From: an uncultured bacterium
GTDB taxonomy: Bacteria; Auribacterota; Erginobacteria; Erginobacterales; Erginobacteraceae
Assembly: GCA_963822585.1 (NCBI GenBank)
Contig: CAWGIE010000007.1
Location: forward strand, 128,001-192,000
Direction of reading: 5' to 3'
DNA length: 64,000 bases
Program-made: the position numbers and the translations under genes
In this document: piece by piece, positions 61,417 to 64,000 of the stretch
How positions within the stretch are numbered: position 1 is the stretch's first letter
How the letters are laid out: every line of letters starts with the position of its first letter
Notes under the pieces: generated by a model
Databases searched by the model: none
What the model was told of the DNA's origin: nothing
The model's input: only the letters and a program-made list of their open reading frames with translations

Positions 61417-62451
61417 TCAGGCGCGTCGCCAGATATGGCTCCGGCGAGCCTCGTCCGCGCCCTTGGCATGAGCATGGTCGAGGCGCAGGCCGGCCTCATG
61501 GATAACCTGCTGAACGATATCGGCCATCTCGCCCCGGATCCGGACCCCGGCGGCGCCGGAGTGACCGCCTCCGCCCAGGTTCTTGGCCAGGGTGGCGACG
61601 TTGATCAGCCCCTGTGACCGCATATCGACCAGGATATTCTCCGGCTCATATTCCAGGAAGAGTACGCCCACCTCAACCCCCCGGACGGAGAGCAGATAGG
61701 GAGTGAGCATCGCCAATTCATCGACCCGGGGGGTGAACTTCTGGTAGAGGTCGTATCCCACCACGGAATAGGCTATCTCGTTTCCGTGGGTAAGCTGGAC
61801 GTTGAAGATGGCCAGGCCGGCCAGCCGGATAAAATCAACCGATCGATCAAGCGCCAGCTTCCGGTGGATCTCGTACGGGTTTACCCCCGCCTCCAGCAGG
61901 ATGGCGGCTTTCTCATGGGTCCGGGGGGTGGTGGACGGGTAATTGAAGTCTCCGGTATCAGTGACAATAGCGATATAAAGGGGGGTAGCGACGGGCAGCG
62001 AGAAGGGGACTCCCAATTCCTCGAGAACATTCATGACCATCGCTCCCGTGGAAGATGCGTCATGGATGACGTAATTATAGGTCCCGAATAATTCGTTGGT
62101 GGTATGGTGATCGATCACCACCATCGGCGTCTCCAGAGTCGTCATCTTTTCTCCCACCTCACCGGCCCGATCGGAGGAGGAGCAGTCAAGCATGATGAAG
62201 AGGTCGGCCCTTTCCAGTACGGCGTCGTCACGCTCCGCCCGGTACCTTACCACCTCCTCTTCATTTTCAAGCATGAAGGTAAAGCCGATGGGAACGTGAG
62301 AGGGGCTGATCGCCCGAGATTCTTTTCCGATCGCCTTCAGCCCCCGGAGCATGGCCAGGGTCGATCCCAGGGCATCGCCGTCGGGCTGGATATGAGACGT
62401 GATGACTATGGAACGAGCCTTTTTAATTGCCGCAACAGTTTCCCGCATCAT
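61417..62451 (-). CDS. nrnA: DHH/DHHA1 phosphoesterase (NrnA-like)
   Basis: H..PDGDA.GS, IDHH, DTG.F, GGGH..AAG. Confidence 0.88.
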   Translation of the reverse strand: MMRETVAAIKKARSIVITSHIQPDGDALGSTLAMLRGLKAIGKESRAISPSHVPIGFTFMLENEEEVVRYRAERDDAVLERADLFIMLDCSSSDRAGEVGEKMTTLETPMVVIDHHTTNELFGTYNYVIHDASSTGAMVMNVLEELGVPFSLPVATPLYIAIVTDTGDFNYPSTTPRTHEKAAILLEAGVNPYEIHRKLALDRSVDFIRLAGLAIFNVQLTHGNEIAYSVVGYDLYQKFTPRVDELAMLTPYLLSVRGVEVGVLFLEYEPENILVDMRSQGLINVATLAKNLGGGGHSGAAGVRIRGEMADIVQQVIHEAGLRLDHAHAKGADEARRSHIWRRA

Positions 62452-62522
62452 TACCGCTCACCTTATTGACAGTGTTCAAAACTAATCCATTGCCTGCCCG
62501 CTGAAGATGGCCGGGCGGCGGA

Positions 62523-62840
62523 TTACCGGGGATGAAAATCCCGATACAATTCCGTGTTCAGACGGATCTCCGAGAGACCGGGCTGGAAATAAAGTTCGAC
62601 CACGCCGGAGTCGACGATAGTATTGACATACGTCAGATCGAAAAAGCGTTCTCCCTCTTCAGCGCTCTCCAGCTGGAGAAGCGTGGTGGGTTGCCCCAGC
62701 TCCCTGATGACGGATTCCATCGTCATGCCCGCCCGCAGTTCATCCAGCTTCTGCAGACCGGCGGACCGGCCGGCGGAGCAGCCCATACCAGCTGTCAGGC
62801 AAAGAAGCAGTGCCGGACCGAGATACAAATATTTCATCAT
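62523..62840 (-). CDS. Small lipoprotein (SmpA/BamE-like fold possible)
   Basis: Lipobox GMGC; L..GMT...V...LG.P. Confidence 0.7.
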   Translation of the reverse strand: MMKYLYLGPALLLCLTAGMGCSAGRSAGLQKLDELRAGMTMESVIRELGQPTTLLQLESAEEGERFFDLTYVNTIVDSGVVELYFQPGLSEIRLNTELYRDFHPR

Positions 62841-62934
62841 GGTTTTATTCTACGTCATCGATCATGGATTTAAAATAAAAGATATCGCAACAGTTGAATT
62901 TTATGGGTTCTCAGTCATTTTGTGTAAGCACCGG

Positions 62935-64000
62935 TTAGGTGGCGCCCCTCCTCCGCAGGTAAAAACCCGTATAGATAATGACGAATATCGCCGCGATTAT
63001 GCCGTATCGCACCAGCGACTGCCGGAAGACCGGTTCCGGACAGAAGCTGACGTTACTCCACCAGATCTCACGGTAATTTTCCGTGATCAGGGGCCGGAAT
63101 ACCCGCATCAGGTAAAGCTGGGCGCCCACCAGGAACCCGATCATGAGGCCCTTTTTGTAAATCGACCGGTGTCTCTTCATTGCCGCCGCCGCCGTGATCA
63201 GGACAGCCGGAAAGCTGATGAAATTGATCCGGCAAAGATCGGCCCCGCCGGTCATCAGGAAGAAGATGGAGAAAAGAAGGTAGGCCGCCAGATAGCTGTT
63301 TTTTTTCAGATACCCGATGGAGAAGGGAAGACTCATCAAAATGATGAAGATCGCCACTCCGTACACGTTGAGATATGAATGAGCGACGCGACGCCAGTGG
63401 ATAAAGAATATCCGGGCAAAATACCCCGCGTGGCTCCAGTAGCTGAAATCGGAGTTTGACTTCGGGATCAGGAGGCGCAGAAGAATGAAGAAAACCACTG
63501 GAAGAGCGGCAATTTTAACCGTCTTCCAGAGTATTTCCCGGTCCAGGAAAGAGCCTTTCTTCTTCCGGAAAAGATAATAGACCGGGATCAGGGAAAGGGC
63601 GTATTCCCTGGTGAGAACCCCCGCGGTGAGAGCAGCCAGAAAGAGAAGATCGTTCTTCCGGAAAAGAGCCGAAAATGCCAGGACCAGAACCAGGTAGTAC
63701 GTCCCGTCGATGTGGATGGGATAGAAGATGCTGAAACGGGCGTTGACCCATGAACTGAGAAAGAAGAATACCCCCAGGCTGGCTTCCAGATTGGAGCCGC
63801 CGCTATCGATCAGGAGGAAAAAGAGGAGATACGCGGAGAGGGCGCAAAGAACAGCGTTATAAAAAGCAAAGGCGGTCTCCGTCTTCATCGGGAGGAAATG
63901 CAGCAGCCAGGGGGCGAGGACCCGGTAACTGTACGGGGCGGTAGTGGTCTTCGCGTTATCGGAGATCAACTCCCGGGACATCGCGCCGTAAAATTCCGCG
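62935..64000 (-). CDS. Multi-pass membrane protein, GT-C-like (5'-partial)
   Basis: Frame stays open to the window end (AEFYGA before M at 63981); PY.YR.L.P and TRE motifs. Confidence 0.7.
   Translation of the reverse strand, partial: AEFYGAMSRELISDNAKTTTAPYSYRVLAPWLLHFLPMKTETAFAFYNAVLCALSAYLLFFLLIDSGGSNLEASLGVFFFLSSWVNARFSIFYPIHIDGTYYLVLVLAFSALFRKNDLLFLAALTAGVLTREYALSLIPVYYLFRKKKGSFLDREILWKTVKIAALPVVFFILLRLLIPKSNSDFSYWSHAGYFARIFFIHWRRVAHSYLNVYGVAIFIILMSLPFSIGYLKKNSYLAAYLLFSIFFLMTGGADLCRINFISFPAVLITAAAAMKRHRSIYKKGLMIGFLVGAQLYLMRVFRPLITENYREIWWSNVSFCPEPVFRQSLVRYGIIAAIFVIIYTGFYLRRRGAT

Overview
64-kb chromosomal segment of a GC-rich, Gram-negative, probably anaerobic bacterium. The gingipain-like surface protein with PT linkers and DYxGDG..RxYFG C-terminal repeats recalls PVC-related candidate phyla such as Auribacterota, but this is recollection and unverified. 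No rRNA, tRNA, CRISPR-cas, prophage or full transposase was seen. Main gene blocks: (1) response regulator, C25 peptidase surface protein, S9 peptidase, epimerase and a ParE/ParD-like TA pair; (2) an envelope-modification locus with two glycosyltransferases, an arylsulfotransferase, four ArnT-family transferases and arnBCAD, but no arnE/F; (3) a sulfide-assimilation and cofactor cluster (MerR-like regulator with Cys-rich tail, cysK, DUF39/NIL-ferredoxin homocysteine genes, nifS/nifU, nadA, His-type thi4, thiE); (4) housekeeping genes (tkt, pgm, Ldh-2, NrnA) and an AT-rich lipoprotein gene bounded by a well-formed attC site, followed by an RHH/MazF TA pair. The most unusual signal is non-coding. 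Many gene junctions hold modular elements built from about 10 families of 7-9-nt short-period repeats, often as inverted arm pairs, together with shared terminal inverted repeats, a G-rich linker and 3-nt-loop mini-hairpins. These include repeat/spacer-like arrays at 47757-48254 and 57562-57748. Four genes are split by single-base deletions in homopolymers, most likely assembly errors.
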